DNA of 64,000 nucleotides from Patescibacteria group bacterium (GTDB lineage Bacteria > Patescibacteriota > Patescibacteriia > UBA1558 > GWA2-36-10). Positions within the stretch are counted from its first letter, which is position 1. The number at the start of each line of letters is the position of its first letter. A program made the translations under genes and the position numbers. Under the pieces are notes generated by a model. It saw only the letters and a program-made list of their open reading frames with translations, did not search any database and was not told the DNA's origin. The stretch is taken from NCBI GenBank assembly GCA_018819405.1, contig JAHJQF010000001.1, positions 290,097-354,096 of the forward strand. Reading direction: 5' to 3'. Positions 16,796-26,013 of this stretch are shown piece after piece.

Positions 16796-16862
16796 TGCAC
16801 CTATTGACATCGTAGCTCAAATTAGCCAATATGTAAATATTAAGCATTAATCACAAAGTATT

Positions 16863-17729
16863 ATGAAAAGCGATGAAAAGGGGCTACAAAAGTCCCAGTT
16901 TTTAGCCAATAGTCATCCTCTGGCTAGCCTGGCTCAGGAGCTCATTATCAGGGGGTTTTCTGGGCGCACCATCAAGAGCTATTTGTCTCACAACCAGCGA
17001 TTTTTGGACTGGACTGGCAAGTCGGCTAGAGATATTAGTAGTCAGGACGTCAAAGATTATCTCCTGTATCTCAAAAGCCAAAATTATTCCAATACCTCCT
17101 TAAATAGTGTTATCTCATCTCTCAAGTTTTATTATGGACAGATTCTGCATCGGAAGCTGTTTTTTAGTATTCGTCGGCCGAAAAAAGAAAAATTTTTGCC
17201 GATTGTTTTGACGCGTCAGGAAATCATCAAAATTATCAACTGCGCGCACAATCTAAAACACAAATTATTATTGTCACTTCTCTATGGTTCTGGTCTGAGA
17301 GTGTCAGAAGTAGTCAAAATAAAAATAAGTCATTTAGATTTGCAGAGCAGGAGTCTCTTGGTCAAAGATAGCAAAGGTGCCAAAGACAGATATACATTGC
17401 TAAGTGGCATAAGCATAAAATTTTTAAATATTTATTTACCAAAATTACCAGCCAACCAAAAATATCTATTTAGTGGACAGTCTGGTCAAAGTCATTTGAG
17501 TCAAAGAAGCGCTCAAAAAGTATTTGATCAGGCCCTTGAAAAATCAGGTCTAAAAAAAGACGCCAGTTGCCACAGCCTGCGTCATTCCTTTGCTACTCAT
17601 CTTTTGGAAGCGGGGACAGATATCAGGTATATCCAAAAATTACTTGGTCATCAAAATATCAAAACAACTGAAATCTATACTCAGGTGGCTCGTGATTTTT
17701 TTCGGGGCATCAAAAGTCCACTTGATTAA
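16863..17729 (+). CDS. tyrosine site-specific recombinase (XerC/XerD-like, phage-integrase family)
   Basis: Box I GLRVSE, HSLRHSFATHLL (HxxR), catalytic Tyr in TTEIYTQV. 288 aa. Transcribed divergently from the cassette-like array. Confidence 0.85.
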   Translation: MKSDEKGLQKSQFLANSHPLASLAQELIIRGFSGRTIKSYLSHNQRFLDWTGKSARDISSQDVKDYLLYLKSQNYSNTSLNSVISSLKFYYGQILHRKLFFSIRRPKKEKFLPIVLTRQEIIKIINCAHNLKHKLLLSLLYGSGLRVSEVVKIKISHLDLQSRSLLVKDSKGAKDRYTLLSGISIKFLNIYLPKLPANQKYLFSGQSGQSHLSQRSAQKVFDQALEKSGLKKDASCHSLRHSFATHLLEAGTDIRYIQKLLGHQNIKTTEIYTQVARDFFRGIKSPLD

Positions 17730-17785
17730 ACAAAAACCCGACAGCTATGTCGGGTTTTATTATTTACTTTAATACAGTCAAAAAC

Positions 17786-20740
17786 TTATTTCATATCACA
17801 GCTGCCTTTGAAGCCACATTGTTTGGAGCATTCAGTGCAGCCACCAAATTTGACCATCACCCCTTGGTGGCACTGCGGGCAAATCTTGCCTACTTCTGGA
17901 CCGTATTTACTTGGATCCAACTCGGCTTCACCTGGCTCTGGGATTTCCAAATCAGCGTGTTTGCGAGCATTTTGCATTTCTGGGATTTCCGCTTTGACGG
18001 CTTCTTTAAATGTTGGGATTTGTTCTTGGATTTTTGGTTTTCTTTCACCATTGTAGGCTAGATTTTTTTCTTCAGTATTAGCATCAGTAGTCAGTACTTG
18101 CTCATCACGACTAGAGTCACGATAAATAGTCACTCCTTTACAGCCTAGCTCATAGGCTTTTTCATAGAGCTGAGCAGTTTGCTCTACTGTGAAGTCAGCT
18201 GGAGCATTGGCCGTTTTACTGATAGAGGAGTCAGTCCATTTCTGTACTGCAGCTTGGACTTTGATATGCTCGAGTGGTGTCAGCTCCATAGCCGAGGTAA
18301 AAAATTCCGGCAAAGAGCCATTGTGGCGGTATTCTTCAGCTATTGGAATATATACTTCATGAAAGCCTAATCTAGATTGGCGATAAAATTTGAAGGCATA
18401 GTATGGCTCTATTCCAGTTGAAGTTGAGAGCATTGAGCCGACAGTGCCAGTTGGAGCTTGGGTAGTCAAAGTGACATTTCGGATGCCATTTTCTCTTATC
18501 ATCTGGCGGACATCTTCAGGCATTGTTTTCATAAAGCCTGAGTCTAGGAATTTGTCAGCGTCAAATTTTGGAAAAGCACCTTTTTCTTTGGCAATGCGCG
18601 ATGATTCTTTATACATTTCTACGGCGATGGTCTTGTAGAGCTGCTCAATAAAGTCCAGCGACTGGTCAGAGCCGTAGCGCATACGCAATTTGATAAGCAG
18701 TTCGCCTAGTCCTAGAGTACCACCACCGACTCGGCGTTCATTTTTTTGATTATCTTCATTTTCTTGAAAGTGATATGGAGTCAAATCTATGACATTGTCC
18801 AAAAATCTGGTCAGAGTACGGGCCGCTTTTTTCAGTTCGTCCCAATTGACTTCATACAAAGGTCCCAAGTCATCTTGGCCAATCTGACTGGTAAAGCTGG
18901 CTAGATAAAGATGGCCTAGATTGCAGACTCCCCAGCCTGGTAGGCCCTGTTCACCGCAAGGATTGGTACAGATTACTTGGTTGAAATAATATGAATTGGA
19001 TAGTTTATTGTATCTTTCCATAAAGACCACGCCCGGCTCAGCACTACTATGGGCGCTAGCTACTAGCTTGTTCCACAAATCACGAGCCTTGAGTGTTTTG
19101 TAGACTTTGGTTGGGTAGCCAGCGGCTTTCCAAGCATGGAGATCGCCTTTCCAAGTCTTGTCGTAGATATCGGCATAGGCTGGATTTTCATAATCAGGGA
19201 ATTCTAGATTCCAGTTTTCGTCATTTTTGACGGCTTTCATAAAAGAGTCAGAGACCATGACCGAGATATTAGCATTTTCTATTTGGCCGGCTACTGTTTT
19301 GGAAGATATAAATTCTATCACATCTGGATGCCAGTCCCATTGCATTAGCATTAGAGCACCGCGGCGGCTGCCACCTTGCTCAATCAGTCCAGTGGCATAG
19401 CTAAACAATCCAGCCCAAGATACAGAGCCTGAGGATTTGCCATGTACACCTTTGACATAAGCATAGCGGGGTCGTAGAGCCGAGAGGCTCATACCTACTC
19501 CGCCGCCACGACTCATTACTTCTACCATTTGATGCAAGCTGTCTTTGACTATGGCTTTACGGCTGTCCAAGGGGCTTGGTAGGACATAGCAGTTAAACAA
19601 AGTCAAGTTGGAAGTATAGTTGCCGTGTTGGTCTACATTGGCACCAGTCATGATACGACCGCCTGGCTGAATATATTTATTTTGTAGAGCTTCAAAAAAT
19701 TCTTCAAAGTATTTTGTCCTATTTTCTTCTTCAGTTTCTACTGAGGCTACTGCCTTGGCAATTCTTCTATGAGCATCGTTGATTGATTCGCGTGGTTTGT
19801 CACATTTGAAAATATCTTGGACAAATTCAAAATTATTTTCGCGGTCAGCGTATACTCCAGTTAGCATATAGAGTCTGGCTTTTTCATCAGCTAGCATTTC
19901 TTGGATAATACCCAAATCTTTTTTTGGATATTTGCGATCCTCTTTGGTAATGACAATGACCAAATCGCCGGTGGTAATATCGGCTCTTTTATCTTTGATA
20001 GAATAGCGATCCAAAAAAATAATTCTGCCTAATTCATCAAAGTTGGTAGAATTATTCAAAATATGTTTGGCTTGCTTGCTCAGTAGTATGCCTTTTTCCT
20101 GAAGAGATTTTACTTCTTTACTGGTAATGTCTTTGCCTTGTTCTAGACGGATTTTTTTTCTTTGTTCGCGGTAGAGGATAAAGTGCTTGGCAGTTTTGGC
20201 CCAGTTGGATTGGATAAGGATGATTTCAATGATATCCTGAATCTGCTCTACAGTTGGTATTAAGCGTTGGTTGAATTTGTGTTCCAAAATAGCGGTCACT
20301 ACATCAGCTAGACGGCGGGCTTCTTCACGACCAAATTCATTACTGGCTTCACCAGCTTTAAAAACGGCGTTGAGGACTTTATTTTTATCAAAATCTACAA
20401 TGGAGCCGTCTCTTTTTTTGATTTGTTTGAGTCCGGGACTGATATTGGTCTGGGTATTTAGCTTTTTGCCCCTCATTTTAAAGTAAACCTTGGCCACTTC
20501 CGGATAGTCGTTTTCCAAAAGCACTATATTGACTGCACTTCTGATATCGTCAGTCGTAATCTGATCAAAATTATGATAAGTTTCTTCCAAATAATCAGTA
20601 ACTTGCTTGGTAATTTTGTTGGAAATAGGATTGTCTTTCAATCCAACAGAGATAATGGATTGAGAAACGGATTTTCTTATTTTATCTTGGTCAAATTTTT
20701 CTAGGCGACCATCTCTTTTTTTGATTTTGTTGGCTGGCAT
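17786..20740 (-). CDS. nrdJ: class II (adenosylcobalamin-dependent) ribonucleotide reductase with two N-terminal ATP-cone domains and C-terminal zinc ribbon
   Basis: Tandem ATP-cone motifs (KRDGRLEKFDQDKI and KRDGSIVDFDKNKV). Single-chain class II core, not class I or III. C-terminal CPQC...CTEC...C. Confidence 0.8.
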   Translation of the reverse strand: MPANKIKKRDGRLEKFDQDKIRKSVSQSIISVGLKDNPISNKITKQVTDYLEETYHNFDQITTDDIRSAVNIVLLENDYPEVAKVYFKMRGKKLNTQTNISPGLKQIKKRDGSIVDFDKNKVLNAVFKAGEASNEFGREEARRLADVVTAILEHKFNQRLIPTVEQIQDIIEIILIQSNWAKTAKHFILYREQRKKIRLEQGKDITSKEVKSLQEKGILLSKQAKHILNNSTNFDELGRIIFLDRYSIKDKRADITTGDLVIVITKEDRKYPKKDLGIIQEMLADEKARLYMLTGVYADRENNFEFVQDIFKCDKPRESINDAHRRIAKAVASVETEEENRTKYFEEFFEALQNKYIQPGGRIMTGANVDQHGNYTSNLTLFNCYVLPSPLDSRKAIVKDSLHQMVEVMSRGGGVGMSLSALRPRYAYVKGVHGKSSGSVSWAGLFSYATGLIEQGGSRRGALMLMQWDWHPDVIEFISSKTVAGQIENANISVMVSDSFMKAVKNDENWNLEFPDYENPAYADIYDKTWKGDLHAWKAAGYPTKVYKTLKARDLWNKLVASAHSSAEPGVVFMERYNKLSNSYYFNQVICTNPCGEQGLPGWGVCNLGHLYLASFTSQIGQDDLGPLYEVNWDELKKAARTLTRFLDNVIDLTPYHFQENEDNQKNERRVGGGTLGLGELLIKLRMRYGSDQSLDFIEQLYKTIAVEMYKESSRIAKEKGAFPKFDADKFLDSGFMKTMPEDVRQMIRENGIRNVTLTTQAPTGTVGSMLSTSTGIEPYYAFKFYRQSRLGFHEVYIPIAEEYRHNGSLPEFFTSAMELTPLEHIKVQAAVQKWTDSSISKTANAPADFTVEQTAQLYEKAYELGCKGVTIYRDSSRDEQVLTTDANTEEKNLAYNGERKPKIQEQIPTFKEAVKAEIPEMQNARKHADLEIPEPGEAELDPSKYGPEVGKICPQCHQGVMVKFGGCTECSKQCGFKGSCDMK

Positions 20741-20851
20741 GGGGTTTTATATTAACTAAAATTTTGTTAGTTAGATAAAAAAAGGACAAAAATTGTATGT
20801 TTTGGCACAACATCTTGTGTCCCAAATCATTATAGCACACAAGATTGCGCT

Positions 20852-21196
20852 TTGCCAAATTTTTGTCTTTTTATGTTTGTTTTAAGCTTATCTATTATAA
20901 GACCTATTCAAAAAATTGTCCAATTTATGTATTTTATCCAAAAATATTGGCCTATTGTCAGCCAAAAAACTATCTGCTATGATACTTTCATGGGAAAATT
21001 CTTCAAAAGAAACAAAAAATCAGCTCTACGTAGCGACAAAGTGCATCCGCCCAAGCCACGCAAAGTGGATGAGCGTGATTTGGTAGACCCGATTTATTAT
21101 ATTGGTGATTTGGACGGTCAAAAATATCCGTCTTTGCCTTTGGAAAATGAAAAAAAGCCCGAAGAGGATGTAGAAAATCCATTGAACAAAAGATAG
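20852..21196 (+). CDS. hypothetical protein (start uncertain)
   Basis: ORF only. N-terminus may start at MGKFFKRNKK. Confidence 0.3.
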   Translation: MPNFCLFMFVLSLSIIRPIQKIVQFMYFIQKYWPIVSQKTICYDTFMGKFFKRNKKSALRSDKVHPPKPRKVDERDLVDPIYYIGDLDGQKYPSLPLENEKKPEEDVENPLNKR

Positions 21197-21231
21197 AATT
21201 AAAAAATCAACCCCTAGGGTTGATTTTTGTT

Positions 21232-22608
21232 TTAGAGCAGTTCTATAGGGCTGTTATTTTTTATTATTTCAGTTTTTAGCTGGAGTTTGTCTTGTATTTC
21301 TTTGGCAAAATGCTCCATCACTGTTTTGTCACCATGACTGAGGATAATTTTTTTTGTTTTTCCTGCCTTGCCGGTAGGCAGGTTGAAATTACTTAGCCAT
21401 TTGATCAGGGATTTTTGGTCAGCATGAGCAGAAAAGCCGTCTATTTGATCAGTCTGGCATTTGATGGGTATTTTTTGGCCGTAGTAGTCAAAGTCAAAAG
21501 TGCCCTGGAGTATTTTGTGCCCTAGCGTACCAGGCACCTGAAAGCCCATAAAGAGCATGGTGTTTTTTGTTTCCGGTGCGTAGCGAGCCAGGTGGTGAAT
21601 CATACGGCCGCCTTCCATCATACCCGAGCCGGCTAGAATTATTTTGGGCGGACTGGCTAGATTGATTTGTTTGGACTGGCGGATATTGTTGGTTATTTTT
21701 AGATGGGGAAAGTTAAAAATATTATTATCATGACTAAGATCATCTTGAGCAGCTTTGTTGAGATACTCTAGATGCTTTTGGTATATCTGGGTAGCTTGAG
21801 CGGCCATGGGGCTGTCCAGATAAACCGGTACGGTAAAGTCCAGATGCTTTTCATAGTAGTCATTGAGGACCTTCAAGATGTCCTGAGTACGCTCTAGGGC
21901 AAAGATAGCTATCAAGAGGGTAGAATGATTGATGGTGACTCTTTTGACTGCCTCTAGTAGTTTTTTGTCGCGGGTTTTGGTGTCTTCGTGTACGCGATCA
22001 CCATAAGTACTTTCACAAATTACATAATCTGCCCCTTGGATTGTATCTATATCTTTGACCAAAGGCATGTTTTGCCCGCCGATATCACCGGAAAAGACAA
22101 TAGTCTGGTGGCCAGCTTGTATTTCTACAAAAGCCGAGCCCAATATATGAGCGGCATTGTGTAGTTTGAAAGATATATTTTCGCTGAGTTTGGTTTTTTG
22201 GTCGTATTTTATAGGGACAAAGTTTTTGTAAGTTTTGTTGAGATCTTCCAGGCTATTGAGTTTGGGTAGTTTTTTCTTAAAGGCTTTTTCATTCATGATA
22301 TAGAAACTGTCGTCCAAGACAATTTTGGTCAAATCAATAGTGGCGTCAGTGGCATATATTTTGCCTTTGTAGCCGGCTTTGACGAGCTTGGGTAGGCGTC
22401 CGCAGTGATCAAGGTGAGCGTGAGTGAGAATCACCGCATCAAGGTCTTTGGCGTCAAACAAAAAATCATCCCAATTTTTGAGATAATTTTCCCAACTACC
22501 CTGAAACATACCGCAGTCAATCAAAATACGATAGCCATTAATATTGAGAAGATGACAGGAGCCGGTCACTTGTTCGGCCGCTCCATAGGATGTAAGTTTG
22601 ATATTCAC
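21232..22608 (-). CDS. MBL-fold beta-CASP ribonuclease (RNase J / CPSF-like)
   Basis: HAHLDHCG motif and beta-CASP-like C-terminal region. 458 aa. Confidence 0.7.
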   Translation of the reverse strand: MNIKLTSYGAAEQVTGSCHLLNINGYRILIDCGMFQGSWENYLKNWDDFLFDAKDLDAVILTHAHLDHCGRLPKLVKAGYKGKIYATDATIDLTKIVLDDSFYIMNEKAFKKKLPKLNSLEDLNKTYKNFVPIKYDQKTKLSENISFKLHNAAHILGSAFVEIQAGHQTIVFSGDIGGQNMPLVKDIDTIQGADYVICESTYGDRVHEDTKTRDKKLLEAVKRVTINHSTLLIAIFALERTQDILKVLNDYYEKHLDFTVPVYLDSPMAAQATQIYQKHLEYLNKAAQDDLSHDNNIFNFPHLKITNNIRQSKQINLASPPKIILAGSGMMEGGRMIHHLARYAPETKNTMLFMGFQVPGTLGHKILQGTFDFDYYGQKIPIKCQTDQIDGFSAHADQKSLIKWLSNFNLPTGKAGKTKKIILSHGDKTVMEHFAKEIQDKLQLKTEIIKNNSPIELL

Positions 22609-22884
22609 CCAGTTAGAAATTAATTATTAAATAATTTCTCCAATTAGAAAAATCATATAATGATTCATTATGCTTTATTACTTTAGTTTTGTTGAGGGAA
22701 TTTCTAATTGGGCACATTTTTGTTTTACTATTTTTGTTTGATATAAAAAGTATAACATTTTTTTGCCAATAAAAAAACCGCTATTATTTTTAAGTCATTG
22801 CGAGGAGCCGAAGGCAACGAAGCAATCCACAAGCTAGGAGATTGCTAGGCAATGACAATGACCTGCGAGGTTGGTTTAAGCAAA

Positions 22885-22908
22885 AACCGCTGATTTCAGC
22901 GGTTTTTT
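22885..22908. terminator. bidirectional intrinsic terminator (AAAAACCGCTGATTTCAGCGGTTTTTT)
   Basis: Hairpin with an A-run on one side and a T-run on the other. Flanked by an 18-bp direct repeat. Confidence 0.6.
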
Positions 22909-22930
22909 GACTTTAACCTGCGAGGTTGGT

Positions 22931-23587
22931 TTATATTTTCCCGACCAAATCCATACCAGGTTTTAGAGTATCTTTACCAGGTTCCCAGTTGGCTGGGCAG
23001 ACCTGATCACCATATTTGGCGACAAATTGAGCGGCTTGCAATTTGCGAAGTAGCTCATTACCACTTCGTCCTACACCGTCGCCGTGGATTTCAATGGTCT
23101 TTATTTCACCGTCTGGTGAGATGATATAAGTGCCTCGCAAAGCTATGCCCTCTTCTTCTATCAAGACGCCATACTTGCGGCAAATCTCATGAGTAGGATC
23201 AGCTACCATGGGAAATTTTATTTTTTGGATAGTTTCTGAAGCATCAAACCAAGCTTTGTGTACGGGGATAGTATCGGTTGAGACAGAAAGTACTTCGGTA
23301 TTTAGTTTTTTTAGCTCTTCGTATCTATCAGCCAAATCTCCCAATTCAGTTGGGCAAACAAAGGTAAAATCTTTGGGATAGAAAAATAAGATTAGCCACT
23401 TACCTTTATAGTCTGATAAGCTAATTTTTTTTTCTTCATTTTGATAGTAGGCTTGAGCTGTAAACTCGGGGGCTTTATGATCTATTTTTGGGGCACAGTT
23501 GCCGCAACAGCAAGACTCTTCTTGACAACAGCCGTCACCGTCGCCACAACATTCATTAACGGGGTTAGAAATATTTGATTTTGGCAT
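22931..23587 (-). CDS. 2-Cys peroxiredoxin (AhpC/TSA family) with cysteine-rich N-terminal extension
   Basis: FTFVCPTE peroxidatic Cys motif. N-terminal CCGDGDGCCQEESCCCGNC segment. Confidence 0.8.
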   Translation of the reverse strand: MPKSNISNPVNECCGDGDGCCQEESCCCGNCAPKIDHKAPEFTAQAYYQNEEKKISLSDYKGKWLILFFYPKDFTFVCPTELGDLADRYEELKKLNTEVLSVSTDTIPVHKAWFDASETIQKIKFPMVADPTHEICRKYGVLIEEEGIALRGTYIISPDGEIKTIEIHGDGVGRSGNELLRKLQAAQFVAKYGDQVCPANWEPGKDTLKPGMDLVGKI

Positions 23588-23605
23588 GTTCGTAAAATTT
23601 AATTA

Positions 23606-24496
23606 TTAATATTTGATATGGTTTAATTTTTTCAAAACATTTTCACCTTGTCGGATGCCGTGTTCATATGATTTGATAATTCTTTCTCGGCTTCTTTCAC
23701 GCTTACTGGTATTGACTGTGTCATAGAGTACATGGACGTGTTTGTATTTTTTCAAAGTTACTACATAAGGGTAGTTGAAGATACTAAATAAGTGTTTGAT
23801 GCCATATCTAATGCCCAAATACCTAGTCTTAAATAAAACATCCAAAAGATCCCAAGGTAGATACTGCAAAACTCTTTTGACAGTTTTTTTGTCGTTGAAA
23901 ATATAGATGATTGTCTTGTCTGGAAATTTTTTGACGACATTTTTGATAAAATCTCTGGTCGGCATTATGCCACCATCAAGATATTTGTCATTTTTTATTT
24001 TGGTAAAGGCATAAGGGGGGACTTTGGCCGATTGTATCAATCGGCTGATAGTGTCCACTTTGCCGTCCAGATATTCCAGTTTTAGTGTTTTAGGATTAAA
24101 GACCCGGACATAAAAATTAATAGGGGAATTTTTTATTTTTTCAACATCTAAGGGGATTTCTTTACGTTCTATATTTTCTACATAATCTAGATCAACGATA
24201 TCAAAGCTTTTATTATGGATAAAAAGATCCCAAAATTTTCTACAGATTATTTTAAAAGATAAGTCTTTTAAAAAACTGTGTTTTTTGTAGAGTCGATCAT
24301 AATAGACACTGGCAGCCTCATGTGATTTTTTACTTAGAAAATAGGCGGCATTATGAGCGCCGGAAGACACAGCATAGATAGAGTGGATGCGCGGATAGAG
24401 ATTGTGTCTTTGAAAAGCGACCATAACTCCGGAGCCAAAAACTCCTTGTATAGTCCCACCTTTTATTATTAATACTATGTCTCTATCTGGTTGCAT
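23606..24496 (-). CDS. patatin-like phospholipase
   Basis: Gly-rich oxyanion loop IKGGTIQGVFGSGV. Nucleophile pentapeptide VSSGA. Confidence 0.6.
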   Translation of the reverse strand: MQPDRDIVLIIKGGTIQGVFGSGVMVAFQRHNLYPRIHSIYAVSSGAHNAAYFLSKKSHEAASVYYDRLYKKHSFLKDLSFKIICRKFWDLFIHNKSFDIVDLDYVENIERKEIPLDVEKIKNSPINFYVRVFNPKTLKLEYLDGKVDTISRLIQSAKVPPYAFTKIKNDKYLDGGIMPTRDFIKNVVKKFPDKTIIYIFNDKKTVKRVLQYLPWDLLDVLFKTRYLGIRYGIKHLFSIFNYPYVVTLKKYKHVHVLYDTVNTSKRERSRERIIKSYEHGIRQGENVLKKLNHIKY

Positions 24497-24502
24497 CTGT
24501 AT

Positions 24503-25147
24503 TTATTTATTTTCGCTGTATTTTTTTGAAACTGCCTTCCAGTTTATGACTTGCCAAAAGTTTTGGACAAATTCTAGACGTCTGTTTTGATATTTTAGAT
24601 AATATGAATGTTCCCAGACATCAATACCCATGATAGGTGTGTGTCCCAGAGAAAGAGGACTATCTTGGTTGGATGTTTTTTCAATAATTAGTTTTTTGTT
24701 TTCATCAAGGGACAACCAGGCCCAGCCGGCTCCAAACACAGTCATAGCGGCCTGTTCAAATTGGGTTTTGAATTCATCAAAAGAACCAAAGGTTTCATCT
24801 ATTATTTCCAAGAGTTCGCCTTCTAGCTGGCCATTTTGTTCAACTGGTCCCATTATTTCCCAAAATAGACTGTGGTGGACATGTCCGCCACCGTGGTTTT
24901 TGACTGCCATCTTAATATCATCTGGTACTGAGGCTAAGTCTCTGAGTATTTCTTCGGCTGATTTGGCAAAAAGCTCAGGATGAGATTCTAGGGCTTTGTT
25001 AAAATTGGTAGTATAAGCAACTTGGTGCTTATCATGATGAATTTTCATTGTTTCCTCGTCAATGTATGGTTCAAGTGCATTGTAAGGATATTGTAAGTCG
25101 GGGGTTTTAAATTCGGTCACCCCGTTAGAAATATTTGGATTTTGCAT
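24503..25147 (-). CDS. sodA: Fe/Mn superoxide dismutase
   Basis: HHDKHH...DVWEHSYY metal-ligand motifs. Confidence 0.85.
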   Translation of the reverse strand: MQNPNISNGVTEFKTPDLQYPYNALEPYIDEETMKIHHDKHQVAYTTNFNKALESHPELFAKSAEEILRDLASVPDDIKMAVKNHGGGHVHHSLFWEIMGPVEQNGQLEGELLEIIDETFGSFDEFKTQFEQAAMTVFGAGWAWLSLDENKKLIIEKTSNQDSPLSLGHTPIMGIDVWEHSYYLKYQNRRLEFVQNFWQVINWKAVSKKYSENK

Positions 25148-25256
25148 ATAGTGTAAATTTAATGTTTAAATAGTATATATTTTACCTCGTTAGATTATTG
25201 TAATATTTCTAACGGGGTGAATATAATTAATATATTAATTGTTAGCGTATGTTAGG

Positions 25257-25964
25257 CTACCCAAAATATTTTTCGGTGTAAAATCTAATCAGTTGTTCTA
25301 CTTCGGGAATGACAGCTGGATTGCCGACGCCGACTTTGGTTTTTTTCTGGACATCTTCCAAAGTATGGGCGCCTTCAAGCACTGCTTCTTCTATATCATG
25401 GTCAGTTACCTTGGCAATTTTATCTATGATACGGATCTGCTCTTTGATAATCCTATCTTTTTGATTTGATTTTATAAAGTAATTGTTGACAGCACTCAAC
25501 AAGGCCTTGTCACCTAGGACTGAGCAGTGAATTTTTCTAGTTGGTAGGTCACCTAATCTTTGGGTAATATGTTGAGGTTTTATTTCCAAGGCGTCGTCTA
25601 TTTTCATACCACCATTTTCGGTGACCATGACCGAAAGCATAGAGGTAGCAGCAATTGCTGATCCGCAACCAAAGGTCTGCCATTTCATTTTTTTTATTTT
25701 ATCATTTTTTTTGTCGACCCAAATCCATATTTTCATCATGTCGCCGCAGGCTGGACTTCCGACCATGCCCAGACCATCATAATCTTTTACTTTGGAAGCA
25801 TCCATTATTAGGTTTTTGGGATGGAAGAAGTGCTCTTTGACAATATCTGTATATACCCAGACGTCATTGGTGCCTTTGGGTACGACATCTACGCCAGCTG
25901 CGGCGCTGGGCTTGCTATGGGTTTTTGCTTCTCTCGACTTCGCTCGAGATCTTTGATTTGGCAT
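25257..25964 (-). CDS. NifU/IscU-like Fe-S cluster scaffold with extra C-terminal domain
   Basis: GSPACGDMMKIWI motif. Confidence 0.7.
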   Translation of the reverse strand: MPNQRSRAKSREAKTHSKPSAAAGVDVVPKGTNDVWVYTDIVKEHFFHPKNLIMDASKVKDYDGLGMVGSPACGDMMKIWIWVDKKNDKIKKMKWQTFGCGSAIAATSMLSVMVTENGGMKIDDALEIKPQHITQRLGDLPTRKIHCSVLGDKALLSAVNNYFIKSNQKDRIIKEQIRIIDKIAKVTDHDIEEAVLEGAHTLEDVQKKTKVGVGNPAVIPEVEQLIRFYTEKYFG

Positions 25965-26013
25965 ATATATAATTTAGTTAAATTTATTATTTTTTCTCCC
26001 AATGACGGGCTTT

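Noticed and set aside
600-16800. Regularly spaced short repeats might be a CRISPR array
   Set aside because: The repeats come in two inverted families of unequal length (~95 and ~32 bp) with internal covarying hairpins. The intervening units are 200-2600 bp and encode full genes with RBSs. No cas genes are present. This is not CRISPR.
17747-18061. ORFs 17747-18061(+) and 17808-18056(+)
   Set aside because: Entirely inside the nrdJ coding region on the opposite strand. Spurious.
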